NCBI GenBank assembly: GCA_040954595.2
Contig: CM082579.2
Span: 12,153,834-12,217,833 of the forward strand
Direction: 5' to 3'
Source of the DNA: Balanoglossus misakiensis
Taxonomy: Eukaryota; Animalia; Hemichordata
Length of the DNA: 64,000 nucleotides
Shown piece by piece: positions 1 to 12,900 of the stretch. The first letter of the stretch is position 1; each line of letters begins with the position of its first letter. The notes beneath the pieces are model-generated. The model saw only the letters and a list, made by a program, of their open reading frames with translations. It had not been told where the DNA came from and ran no database searches. A program made the translations under genes and the position numbers.

Positions 1-154
1 ATGTAGATCTTTCTCTGGAGATGTGATAAAAAATTGCATCAAATTTGGTTTTCAAGTCAATAGTATACATTGCACTGTGCAATATGCAAATGAGAAAACT
101 AAATTGCAGTACAACAACCCAAATTACACTTGCAATAGTTCAAAAGCTCCTTAC

Positions 155-833
155 CTGTATCTGTGACATCTGTACACTCAGTGACAACCCCCTTTCCTTG
201 AGGACACTTGGTACATCGTTGACATTGTGTCTCTCCAGCTGAAACCGCAACTGAGAATTTCCCTTCAGGACAGACATTACAAGTACATAGTGTACCAATA
301 AGTGATACAATTCCAGCCTGCAGGGGAAAGGACATATTAATTAGAATACATGTTGTACTTCAGAAAAAATAGAGGTAGCATCAATGTCACAACACATTCC
401 TTGCAATAATACTGCGTCAATGTATGATAAGAGTTTTGTATTGACCAACCTTTTCCATTTGTAAATCACCAGCTACTTAAACTTATTAATATTAATTAAA
501 TTGGGATATTATATTTAAGTGTCAAACATAAACTTTTATCAATAGGGTAATGCCCAGCCTACAACCAAGGCAAAATTGCAATGCCCCAAAAATTTTAATA
601 GTAATACTAATTAATTGAAATAATAATCTTTTTTTCAGTTACACAGCCCATGAAGAAAGTATAAAAGAACACAAATGTTAAAAACCAGTAGAATATAGAA
701 GATATTTAAAATACTAAAACCCTGTGGTGAGAGAGGACAAAAAGTTCTCTGTAATATATGGTATTTATGCAAAATTCTTCAAAGTTTCAACATATTTGAC
801 TCTCACACCAAAGTTCAAAATAATTAAACACAT
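155..833 (-). CDS. TNF receptor superfamily-like gene, 5' part (signal peptide + first cysteine-rich repeat); continues beyond left edge
   Basis: Exon 317..155 (cag|GCT...ACAG|gtaagg) reads AGIVSLIGTLCTCNVCPEGKFS...CQRCTKCPQGKGVVTECTDVTDT, the TNFR-CRD pattern (CPxGxFS, CxxCxxC, CTxxxDT). Candidate start exon 959..807 has aaacgccATG at 833 (MCLIILNFG|gtgaga, phase 0), giving a hydrophobic signal-like N-terminus. The start exon is less certain than the CRD exon. Confidence 0.75.
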
Positions 834-1463
834 GGCGTTTTGAAGAAGGAAAATCATAGATTCAAAAACAGTAAAGATTGTTCCAAAACACTAATATGCA
901 AATTTCACCTCAATTTTCACAAACTCTACTTAGGTCAGCCCAATCGCAGGACTTGGTACCTGAAATGTTGAATGAGGCTCAGTTTCCTGTCATAAATTTC
1001 GACATTGTAAACAGGTCACTAGTGCAAGAGCTTTGTTTTTAACGACTTGTGGCAATTTGAAACACAGCAATTGAAGGGCACAATTAAGGTTTCATTCTTT
1101 GCAGCTTAAAATCAATATGGCCGACCCATACCGATGGCTGCAGCAACCAGAAGTAGTCATACAGGGGTCATGCAAATGGCCTATTGTTGATGGATGTACC
1201 GATGGGCTTAGAGAAGGATGGCAGACAGAAAGGCATACAGACGATGATGTACAAATTATCTGATATTAGCTCGTGCTCCTGACGCGAGGTGAAGCATTTA
1301 CGAATAACTCTGTCGATGGCAGACAACATGCAATAGGGCACCTGATACCACAGCAAGAGCAGAGTAATCACTCTTTTGAACCTTCGGTGTAAAATTTAAA
1401 GATTAAACACAAAGTAAATAAAACTTCCCTTAAGGGCAGGGCTTGTCTAAAATATTCTCACCT

Positions 1464-1522
1464 AGTTTCACTTTCACTTTCACATAATTGCATATGAAAT
1501 TCAAATGTAGTTTCACTTTCAC
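1464..1522. promoter_or_regulatory. Tandem ISRE/IRF-element cluster
   Basis: AGTTTCACTTTCACTTTCAC (1464-1483) and AGTTTCACTTTCAC (1509-1522) match the AGTTTCNNTTTC consensus. They sit next to a minus-strand donor (CTAG|gtgag at 1462). Confidence 0.6.
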
Positions 1523-1922
1523 ATATGATGGTTAGGGTACACAATCAAAACAACACATTCACTAATGAATTGGTTTATTGTTCAAGGTACAGAGCAACAG
1601 AATATTTTGGTAATTTCAACAACAGCCAAAAAAGAACCACTTAGCGGAGAATTAGGCTAGTTATACTTTGCGAAACAACGAAACAGCGAAACAACGAAAC
1701 CACAAAAAACATAAACAACACAACAAAAGATCGAAACCTCAAAATGACCTTATTTTCGACGAAATACAAAAGTTACGCGGCAGCAACTGACACTATTTCC
1801 TTAAATACCACAGGGCGAAGGAGACATGAATTGCAATTAAGATAATAAAGAAATTTCGACAATGATACTATGTTTTGTTTGTTACATGTGTTTCTATATA
1901 TAACTACTACTTTTTGTCTCAC

Positions 1923-2065
1923 CCCTCATCAGTGTTTGACCCTCGAAAGCTTACGGACACTACCAAATAGGCCTGCTTTGTTTCAACTAATCCTTCGCCC
2001 TGTGAATATACTCGTACATTGACCTTTTGGGGCGGGATTCTTTTTTGGCGGGCAATTCGCCTGTC
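1923..2065 (-). promoter_or_regulatory. Probable upstream non-coding exon and GC/E2F-like promoter of the TNFR-like gene
   Basis: Minus-strand donor GAGGG|gtgaga at 1923; GGGCGGGA and TTTTGGCGGG motifs near 2025-2055. Confidence 0.35.
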
Positions 2066-3488
2066 AGTAAATAAATTACATTGGCGTCTGAATGGCATGG
2101 ACAAGGCTAGGCTTTGCAAAACGTTAGGCGATTACATGTACTAGTTATTATATGTACACGTTTGATGAACACCAAATTATTTCAATACCAATCCCAACGC
2201 CAAAAAGGGATTGAACAGAAAAATATGCTGATGTCTTAAAGTGGGTCATCATTTTCACGCAAGCATTTTTGAAGGGTCATGAAATTTCCTGTATTCTAGG
2301 GGTATAATTCAATATTTTTCAATTACGATCACACTTGCTGCATGTGTGCATTTCTATATGTTTGTTAAATATTGGCATAGTAATAATAGGTTTCTTGACA
2401 AAAAATAATAGTGTTCTCTGTACACTACAAGCCCAACTGAAAAATTAAGGCTGCGTAAATAGCAAATTGTACATCGAGCAGTAGACAATTATTTATGTGA
2501 TTTGTGATGACTGTTTCATTGAATATTACTTGAAAAAATGTACATTGCACTAATTATTAAATGTCTGTCTGTTTTAATATGTCCTCAATATCCAAAGAAC
2601 AGCTGATCGGATTTCAACCAAATATGGTGGACAGCTATACTGTTTTGAAATGGCGACTCGAACGAGCCGACCATAACACCGCTACCCATGCCGAGTTGGA
2701 CCACAATTTCATTGCAGCTTGCCTGAGCTCTTTGTTTATATAATTATAAACGCCATCTTGTTTCTCGGAACATAATGGCCGATATTGCTGTAGTCTGCAG
2801 TGTAAGGAAACTATGCAAAGTGAAACCGATGCTATACAACTTAGATTTGTCAGATTCATGGTCTCTTAAATTATTTGGTGTTGTACTTGTGTGTGCAATG
2901 CAGCTAGAAGTCATTTTAGAGACTAACTACCAAATCTAAAATTATCCGGGTCACTCATGAGTTTTATAGCGCCTGTAAAGTTGTGTACACTACTATTTTC
3001 ATCTCGAGAGATAGGAAAGTGCTGCATGCAGTTGGTTACCCACCCCACCCCAGGGTTAGCCTTTATCCATGTTGCGTTGTATTTTCTTTGGTGGAAAAAC
3101 AACAATGTGCACATGTGACACGACTCTCTCTATGTACATATAGAGCAGAATTACCAAGAACTAGGTCACCCATTTGATGTCTGTTAGCCTATGTCATAAC
3201 ACTGTTGAGAAAACATCAACGCCTTATACATTTCAGGGATCAAATTCAGCAATACAAAAGTATCCGTTTATCACAATTCACATTTTATAAAATATTAGTT
3301 TGATAGACTGACCTGAAGCATTACATGTAACATCCTAATGGAAGCAGAATTTCTCCTGGTTTCGTTTTCAACATACACCCTGGTGTACACAGCACAGGAA
3401 TACTGAGCCCGCATTCACCGCGATGTAGGTCAGGTCAATGAACACACTAAGCGTAGTGTAGCCGAAAGCGACAAATTGTTTTCAGTTA

Positions 3489-3908
3489 GGCCAGAGAGAA
3501 AAAAAAATTGTTCATCACATTTTTTTGGACCTAGTTCCAGGAGCGGCAAGCGAAAATGTTTCTTTTTATTTTTGTTTAGGTTGAAGGTGAATGCGGTTCT
3601 CTGGCATATTAGCACATATGCAGATAAGGCGAGATAATTGTTTCCCTTTTTTACCAGAAATATCTCAGACAAAAACACTGATACAAGTACTTGTAACTGA
3701 ATTCAATACTATATTTCCCAAAAATAACATAGGCTATTACATTTACAGTTGGTGTTTGCACAACATATTCTGGCCACCAGCTGTAGTACTAAGAATTTTG
3801 TAACGCGGAAGTAGAATTTGCCGAGATCAAAAAAAAAAATAAAAATTTCCAAATCAGCCAAAGTAGAAGCGGCGATTCCAATGAACAATTTATTTTTTCT
3901 TCCTGGCC
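3489..3908. mobile_element. PIF/Harbinger-like MITE
   Basis: Imperfect TIRs GGCCAG..AAAAAATTGTTCAT / ATGAACAATT..CTGGCC flanked by TTA on both sides. Confidence 0.6.
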
Positions 3909-4909
3909 TTAAGAAGAGCATATATGAAGACGGAGGGGGACTAGAACTACTCAAGATGAAAAATATTGGCATTTTCTGATTTTTACATAGTGATCATCAG
4001 TATAAAAAATAATGATAGAAAATGGGATGTTCCCATCCTACCCTTTTCCGAAGATTGAGTGATTGCTGACTCAGCGCTCAGCACAGCCCAGCTATAATAC
4101 TGGTAGGCCTAGGCCTAAGCCTGCTCTTAATTTCAATCCCAATTGAAATTTAAGTCAATATTGGTCACGTAAAGTTATCTTCATGTAATTGAATAAAAAT
4201 GCAAGAAAATCACAATATTACAGCACTCTTTTCTTTTAATACTACACAAAAATCAACAACATTTCGATTTTTGCTGGGGTGGTGCGTAGTACATATTCAG
4301 CGTTAAAATATTGTTTTGTTGGCATACTTATAAGTATCCATATGTAGCTATTTCAGAGCTGACGTCGATCTGAGATGACTTACAGTTGTGGCTGGAATTT
4401 CTCGGTGTAGTCTATATGGGCAAAAAGGCTCTAGAAATGTCATTATGTTGTATAGGAGTTTTGTACTTAGCTGGAAATGATGGGTGGTAAACTATTGATG
4501 TAAAATCAGGTCACTTCTACAGAAGTCCACTACTTAGATTTTTGACCAAAACTGGTGAATTTTGGCGTTTTCACTAAAAATTAAGATATTTATGCTGACT
4601 CATTCAAAACAATTGAAATTGTAAAAAGATATCTTAAAAATGTGTGCCAACAAACAAGGTATAATTGCAAGAGCATCAATTAACTACACAAGTTGAGTTT
4701 TTTTTACCAAAATAGCAATTTTTGAAGCATTTTGCCCTTAAAATGAGGATATGTCGCAGATGCAATTTTCAGAACCTAAAACTGAAAATTTCTCCAATAA
4801 TATCACCCTAAAAATACTATATAATGTATATAGGTGTATATACCAAGAAATATTTGAAGATTTTTACTAAAATTAGCATTTTGTACGCATTTTTAAGCAC
4901 TTTTATTTA

Positions 4910-5830
4910 AAAAATAGCTTCAAAGACTCTGTGGTCCCATTTGGGATTACACAGAAATAGGTATATACCAGAATTAAAATCAGGGGTGACTTTGGCAAGC
5001 AGATATGACATAACTATATGAAAATATGGAAATGTAAACAGTTAACTATGGCCCAATCAAGTGTCTCGTTTCACAGCAATCTTACAAGCAGTGCTAGAAA
5101 AACTGATTTTTGAGCAAAAAAAAACTGCCTGTAGGGCCTAAATGACAAGCACCAGGAGATAGGTGCCTTTAATCGGAATATTTGGTAAGGATGGTTTGAG
5201 AAGTCTATTCTATGAACAAAATGGTTTTCGTCATATTCGGAGATCTGATGACACATGATATGCCTATTCTATGTAAAAAAAATTGGTGGATATTACGAAA
5301 AAAAGCAGTCTGATTGACCCAAAACAAGACAAAATTACCTTTTTGACCATTTTTGCCCCCAAAACGTCATTTTAGACAAAATTTAAAACCACACTGTTTT
5401 CTTCATATTGGTTGATCAGATGATATATTGAAAGTCAATTCATTGTTAAAAGTGGTGACTGTTAAATAATGAAGCAGTCTTATTGACCCCCAATCAATAC
5501 AAAAATGTCATTTTTGGCCACATTTTTTGGTCAAAAGGTCATTTTTACAAAAAAAACCTAAAAAAAAACCTGTTTTCTTCATTTTCAGAAATCATGTGAT
5601 ATATGAAACGTCCATTCTATGTAAAAACGGTTCTGATTCCAGAAATAGCAGTTTGATTGACCCCCTCTCCAGGTAAAATTGCCATTTTTGCCACTTTTTG
5701 TCAAAAACGTCATTTTTAGAAACCCTCAAAACGTATATATTATCGTCACTTTCGGAGATCTGATAGTGTATTATATGCCCACTTTATGTAAAATTTGGTG
5801 ACTATTCCAAAAAAGCTATTTTGTTTTGCC
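4910..5830. repeat. Degenerate interspersed repeat with internal ~180-bp tandem units
   Basis: Left end AAAAATAGC..CTGTGGTCCCATTTG is shared with 34903-34935; recurring TTTTCTTCAT..GATATAT..ATTCTATGTAAAA blocks. Confidence 0.4.
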
Positions 5831-6877
5831 CAAAAAGGCCATGAGGCAGAGACCAGATTTGCGATAGTATCAACGAGATCCGCAGTCACTTGAAGTGCAC
5901 AGAACCAAGAACGTTCAAAAAGAGAGGGTGTGAGAAGCAGTACCATTACAAGCACAAGCATGCAGCAGGTGTTTGACTGCGCAGGACGAGAATAGCGGTG
6001 TCTTCTTTAGCAATAATGAGAAAACAACCGCGACGTCGACATATACCGGAAATATGGACATTATACTTAACTGGTCAAGTACACTCCTTTAATCCATTGC
6101 ACAACAAAACAGTAAAAGAAAGGCACGTCTATTGGGAAAACAGTAATGTGAATGTCATATTGAACTGTGAAAGGCATCATGTGGTAAATTATTCTGAATA
6201 AAATAGTAGTAACATATAGTAGCTCGGTGAATTGTTAATTTCATCCTGAAAATGAGCACCTCAGAAAATAAATATTACATAGACTTGGGCATTCAGACAA
6301 AAGGACCCTGATGAAAGTAACTATAACACTGGTATTATTGGTATACTAACTATGATGACATAGTGGAACTGAACTTTCTGACATCGGTAAGAGTGACAGT
6401 GACATTGGTTTTGACATTGTTTTTTTAACAGGTGGATGGGTCACTTTGCAAGGTGATAAGATTGCCTGTCACTTGACCGCATTTACTGACTCTGAATACA
6501 TGTCTATTCATTCTCGTTGAACGTGTTTACTGTTTCTATAGTTTAAAGGATAATACACACAATTAAGGAGTCATGCCCCCTGTGTTGTGTTTAGAGATAC
6601 AGTAATTTAGGTTTATATGAGTCATACAAATATTGAACTCACTATATGCATTTTTGTATGTCCGTTGTTGGCAAAGTAAAACATGACACTGTAATCCTAA
6701 CTATTAATGCAAACAACTCATCTTAATCCTGACCTTTTGGCGCCCCTTAAAATCTCACTTAATTTTATTACTTCAATGTATGTAGAGAGAAAAATCATGC
6801 ACTTTGAAATTCCTAAATTCGTGACATTGGTTCCAAGAAATACCTCTGCATATCATGTAGCTTTAGAAAATGACAGT

Positions 6878-6986
6878 CTACTGAAAGTTGAATGCTTCTT
6901 TACATTTTTCTTCGTACTCGCACGCCAACTGATTAAACGCCCTGACCACTCCATCCTCTTCTGGGCCAAGTGCAGTCAAAGCGACA
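6878..6986 (-). CDS. DDX60: DDX60 terminal exon
   Basis: ..[36 protein letters not shown]; minus-strand AATAAA at 6769-6764. Confidence 0.8.
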
Positions 6987-9900
6987 CTAAATTATGGAAA
7001 AAATAGAACAAACTATTATTGTTATTGTCGGTTTATAAACGGACAGTGTGATTCCATTAGAAGACTTGATAGAGAATTGCGTGACCGGCTTTGCTGCTTT
7101 ACGTACTCACATGGAAATGCTCACTTCTGTCGAAACAAAGAAGTCAAGAAATTTACAGGGTGACTGTAAATGTATGTGAGGTGTATGTGATAATCTTCCA
7201 CACACAAAGATTATCCGCATCGCCAGAAAAATTTAATATGGTGAAAACCTTGCAAAAACAGAAACTGAAAGTTGCAGTTCATGAACTGTATAACCTATTT
7301 GCAAGATGAGTACATTTTGCAGGAACAAATTCAAAAGATGTCTCCATCTTTACATTAATCATTTTGTCAACACGTCTTCACAAATAACCCAAATTTCGAG
7401 GTTGAAATCTATAGTCTACTGAGTCATTATCAACAGTTACCCTAGTATGCTGACACCTACCTGATGCTCTTGATTGTCAGCGTGAAGTCTTTCAACTTGT
7501 CAAACACTTCGCCTCTCTGCAGTCTTCGTGACAAAGAGGAAATATGTTTTGTGAGGACCAAGTGACGATAGTTATGGTACTGTTATTCGGACATTTTTCT
7601 CTGAACATGTCAGCAAAAGTCGAAAGCCTAGCCAAATATACGTGTAACAATCCCCCTCCCACTTCCCCGGCCAGTCTGTAAATTCTCGTCTTTTTATATT
7701 TGATAATCGAATACTATGGCAAACAAATGTTGTCATGATACTGATGGTATCGTCAGTTACACATGCTCGAGAGCCAGAGTTTACCTCCGATTAAGGCAAC
7801 ACGGAAACTGTTGCCGTAAAGAGGTCGTGGTTTACGACGATGTAGCTGCAGTGAATATCGGATACCCGTTTACATGGACATATTTCAGTGAGAAGCTCTT
7901 AAAGCATAGATGATGACCACTGTCCCTTAAAGAATATGACAACTACCTGTTGTCTGTCATTAATATCGTCGAGGATCCATGTTTGAAGAAATCTAATGCA
8001 TATGCGTTCAGATCCATTTTACGGTTCCATCTGTTCACAGGTCTGTGTCGCAGCGTAGGGATATTGCCATCCTCCATGTAGACACCCTCGCGCAGTCGCT
8101 AATATGAATGAAAATGGTTGTTAATGTTACTTTGCAACAACAACAGATGCACTTTCAAAATTAACAGGTGTCTACTACCATTTTGAAAACAAGATAGTAA
8201 ACAAAAAGTACTACGGATTGGATCTTGAAAAAAATGTTAACAATGCATATAGTGGTCAAAAAGATTGATATTGTGACGTTATGCTTTGTGGAACCATCCT
8301 ATACATCTATAACATTATCTTCACTATCGACCTGGAAGTTAGAGTAGAAAAAATGCATATATGATTGATAATTAAAAGACCAACCTGCATAAAATCGGAA
8401 TCTGATGCGTTCAAATTTTCATCTGTCACACCTGACAATGCAGCAAATGCAGATGCGGCTTTGATGTTGTGACAGGTTTTCTGTAAAGCAGACACGACAT
8501 CAGAAGGCACGGCAGCATCGTCATCTTCCCTTGCATCTATGTCATTATTCGCAGGTGACTGAAACTCTGTACAGAGGCAAGAATACCTGTTAGATTATCT
8601 TTTAAAAATATTCGTGTTGACACAAATTGAAATTCAAAATGGCAGCCGATAGCTGTATTAAATCTGTGGAGAAAAATAAATTGATTTTATGAAAACAAGA
8701 CGTGAACACCCTGTCTCCTCTTTGCTTTTAAAAATACTACTCACTTTAATAATTATATTAAAGGTATGGATAATTATAATTTTTTGGAAACTTGTGTCCG
8801 AGGTACGGACTACCTTAAGTTGCATGAATGTGGAAAACATGTGATGATTTGGAAGGTCAGAAGACAGCTGGGACAAACGAGTTTCATCAAATGAACGCAG
8901 GAAGAGCGATATGGGTGGCTGGGTATATAGGCCTATTCAAGGCCAATGTAAAGCTACATTCCTATAAAAAACACTTGTAAAGAATAATCAATTATATCCC
9001 ATACCGATTTTAGACAGTGGTAGTTTATGTCTAATCACTGCTTGATCCGTTATGTTTCTGACATAGAGACGGAAAGTATTTTCGACATCTTGATTGTGTT
9101 TGTTCAGGATCCTCCTGAAGTCTCGCGGCAGGTCTTCTAAGATAACCTGTTGGGCCGATCATCATGTATCAGTGAACAATATAGCAATTTCTGTTGATGT
9201 ATTTTGACAATGCAAACATAACATTTCAGAAAAATTCTCTACTTTACTACAGTGCATGCATTACGGATGTGAACACCGTTTACAGTAAGGCTGGTTTTAT
9301 ATAGGAACTACGCCGTTAGATTTAGGAACAACGTCTTTTTCAAGTACATTATTGGATCATTTGGTGGAGCACTTAGAAACTTCAATGAGTCGGTAATTGT
9401 ACTTACAAGGATTCATATTATAGGATGGAATTCAATAAAGACAAGCAGTAAGGAATTCGTGACGAGAAAGATTGATTAGCAAATGGTTGAAAATCACACC
9501 AATGAATTCAAAGCTCTCCACCTGTCGTTTATTTTTTGCATGCACGCGAGACCAAAATTCCCAAATGAGGCAAAATTCCCCAATGAAGAAATCTGACATG
9601 TGACAAGGCTGACAAGGGTACCGGTGGTCATGAAACCCGGTGAAAATCTTACCACAGAAGATGAGGGTTTCCCTTTGCCCTGTAGGGTTGTGCGACCAAA
9701 CAGATTTGCCAAAACAAGGACAAGTGTGCGCATTGTTTCTTCTGAAAATTTACCTGTAACTTGTATGAATGAATGGAACGTCAGATCAAAGTCATACTAG
9801 GCGTTAATCGGTGCAGATATAGAATAAAGAAAAAAACAGTGCGTACCCAACATTGTTGCTTGCTATCTCATAGTAATATCTTGTCATTTGTGTGTGTTTT

Positions 9901-12900
9901 GCAATGTTTAATAAGCTTGTACATAACTTTCATCAGTATTTATCACACATGTAGAGGCACCATAACGATACAAAGGCATTGTGAACAACGATAGACATGA
10001 GTTGTGACGATGACCTTATTGAATAAATAGTATTTACCACTTCTTTGCCTGCATAGTCTGTGAAACGCCCCGTACTTAAGAAACGACAATAGGACGTAAT
10101 TGGATGGCTCATGATAGTGCAGATGTGTCGCCAATCCTGCTAAGCCTTGGGGAATGCCATGTGTGTCCAACAAGCCCTGCAAGAAATGAAACAATGTAAA
10201 ATGGCGAAAACGTAAAATGGCGAAAACGTGTTCGCATGTCCCAGAATAACTGTGATTTGGGGAATTTTTTCCAAAATGCAGTCATTTGGATTGTTTGCAC
10301 ATGTGGGAACAATACCTAAAATTGACGTATCATTTCACAACTCGTTTAGTATTTCTACGTTTTACACCTGATTTGAATGCTAAATTTACGTTTGTTCATC
10401 ATAAACTTAAATCGCTTGAAGCTGTCAAAGGCGTATGCTGCTGTTAGTGTTTATGTTCATGAAAAAACAGTGCCTCATATAGAAAACACGTATCTAGATG
10501 ACATATTTAAAAGTCATATCACCTTCCTGATTAAGTACTCGACACTGAACAGGAAATAATGTTTGACTTGTGAGTCCATTTCTGGCCGATCGTAACACAA
10601 AAATGGATGCTTCAGTAGTGAAAGTGCCTGCAATTTAAAGAAAAAGTTTGGTAAATTCGGAAGTTCAGTGGCACTTATAGATTATATCGTGGTAAGAAGT
10701 AGTCATTTGTCATAAATTTTAATAAGGCTGTTAATGTTAGAGGTTGACAAAGAAAGACAAATAGCCCTATTTAAATTGTATCCGTTGTTTTGCGAACCCA
10801 AGGAAAAATTCCTTGCCTCAGTTTCGATCGTTGTGTTTCAAAGTAAGGTCATGTCGGGTCAGTTCATCAGTGGTTTACCTGTGGTCGCGAGATTGCATCA
10901 ACAATGTTTGAGAATACTGGCGATAGCGAGAGATTTTCGTAATTTTAAGGTTACCAAATATACTGACAACTAAACTTTTTGTTATTCTGACAATAGTTGT
11001 GAAGGATAATAACATGACGCCAGTATGTTGAAAAATTCCCACGTTTTAGCGTTCATAACTTAGCTCTATAGCCGTCTTAGCGTTGGACGTTTACAAACAG
11101 AATGTAATACACTTTTTTAAATACTGTGCAGTTCTAACGCTGACCGATGTTTACTTTATCAATTGAATCCCAGGATGGGGCACACAGATTAAGTCGTTAG
11201 CAGGTGCTTAATGGGAAATGTGATAGCTTGTATTCGGGATTAGCAAATGATAAGACAGGTGGGACAAATGCAGATCGGAACTCCGCCATTTATAACTTTA
11301 ATGTTTGCAGCCCCCTGTGATGTAACTGGGCAAGTTATTTTAGAGAAACAAATCTTTTAACCACAATTAAACAAAACGACAAAAATCAATAAAAATAGAC
11401 ATTTTCTGATATGACCAGAGTAAGTATAATTCAAACCTTATCGCAGGCATCTCTTTTGTCGTCGGAATTGGCTGTCAGCAGTAGCAGACGTAGCACCAAG
11501 GTTACTGAAACGGGGAAGTTGCCTTTCAAGTGTGGAACGCTGGACATAATCAACCTGTTCACTTTCGGTTTTGGAATACCGAAGAAAATCACATTACCAA
11601 CGAGGTCAAAACCACGTCGACCAGATCGGCCCGCCATCTACGAACAAACCAAACAGTATAAATGCTGTTACAGTAAAGGGAATACATTTGTCAATCCAGT
11701 GATATTGGTTGAAAAACGTTTGAGAAAGCATGATGATGTCATCGAAACCACACGCATATGATGTCATTCAAATTCCAATTATACCTTAAAGATCCATTAG
11801 CTGTATATTTTGGTCATTTTCTTATTTTGTTTGTTCTATGTATCAACTACAGTTTCTGGTTGGAATCCCTGAACCATGATGAAATGACCAGTATTTTGTT
11901 CATTAACATGCCCTATATGAGTACAATCTGCATTGTTATTGTTGAAAGTTTGTATTCTAGTCTGGACTAGAATTAAATTGTCAACAATAACAATGATCAT
12001 TTCACATGTGTAGGCTACGTTGACAATCAGAATACTGGACACTTGAGCATTATGTGCGGGTAAGCATAAGAAACTGGAGTACACAGAACACAAGTAATAA
12101 AAAAATAGTCAAAAGTTACAGCTAATATCCCTTTAAGCAAACAAAGTTTATCACGATGTTCTCCTGAAGATTGTATTCTCTTGACTATAAATTATATGGA
12201 AATATTATCCCCGAATTGTTCACATATAGACGTATGCTAAAAAATCTCACGGCAATTAAACTCCAAGCATACGTGATGGACAATTGTTCAACTCACTTGT
12301 CTATACTGAGTGGCATTGAGGTAGGTCGAGTCTCCCGCGAATATAACTGTCTTGCAGGGCATGTGGATACCAAGCGCCAATGTTCCAGTGGCTATCACAA
12401 CCTAGGGCGTGTGCATTCAAGAATTCGGCATTAGCATAAATTGTGACACTTCATCATCAGCAAAAACGTGATATGTGTAGTATAAAGATTACACATAAAA
12501 TAATAGCGATTGACTGGAATGTATGATCTAACTTGACGGGAACATACTTTGTACTCTATAGAACAGGAAAGTGAGATTGCAATTGGAGTAACATGAATCA
12601 TGCTAGTGAAGACAATAAAATATGGCTTACCCGTAGATATTTAGTCCTGAATAGATTTTCAACAGCCATTCTCCATTTGTTACCCAATCCAGCATGATGA
12701 TACGCAACGCCACGTTTAAAGGACCTCTTGAGTGAATGGTTATCGGGAAAGTGTCGCACCTGGTGTAGAATCCTATCCAAATCCTTGATTAAAGCAATAT
12801 ATGCTAATCAAACGTTTGATCTAAAGTCTTACATAGCATGTATGCCATCCCAAATAAGCAGTCACATACAGCAGAGCGAAGGATTTCACGTAATATGCAC

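Noticed and set aside
1130-1172. Signal-peptide-like LLLVAAAI before a gtatgg donor as the TNFR start exon
   Set aside because: Preceded by an in-frame TGA and phase-incompatible with exon 317; ATG 833 fits better.
1671-1702. (CGAAACAA)n as an ISRE
   Set aside because: The 8-bp GAAA spacing does not fit the 6-bp ISRE periodicity; treated as a simple repeat.
7457-7461. Apparent premature TAG after ..IKSIR in DDX60
   Set aside because: It is the AG|gtaggt donor; splicing to 6986 restores the DDX60-like C-terminus, so the gene is not a pseudogene.
11411-11761. Plus-strand ORFs overlapping DDX60 exons (also 9600, 29892, 44735, 45785)
   Set aside because: Antisense shadows of real minus-strand exons.
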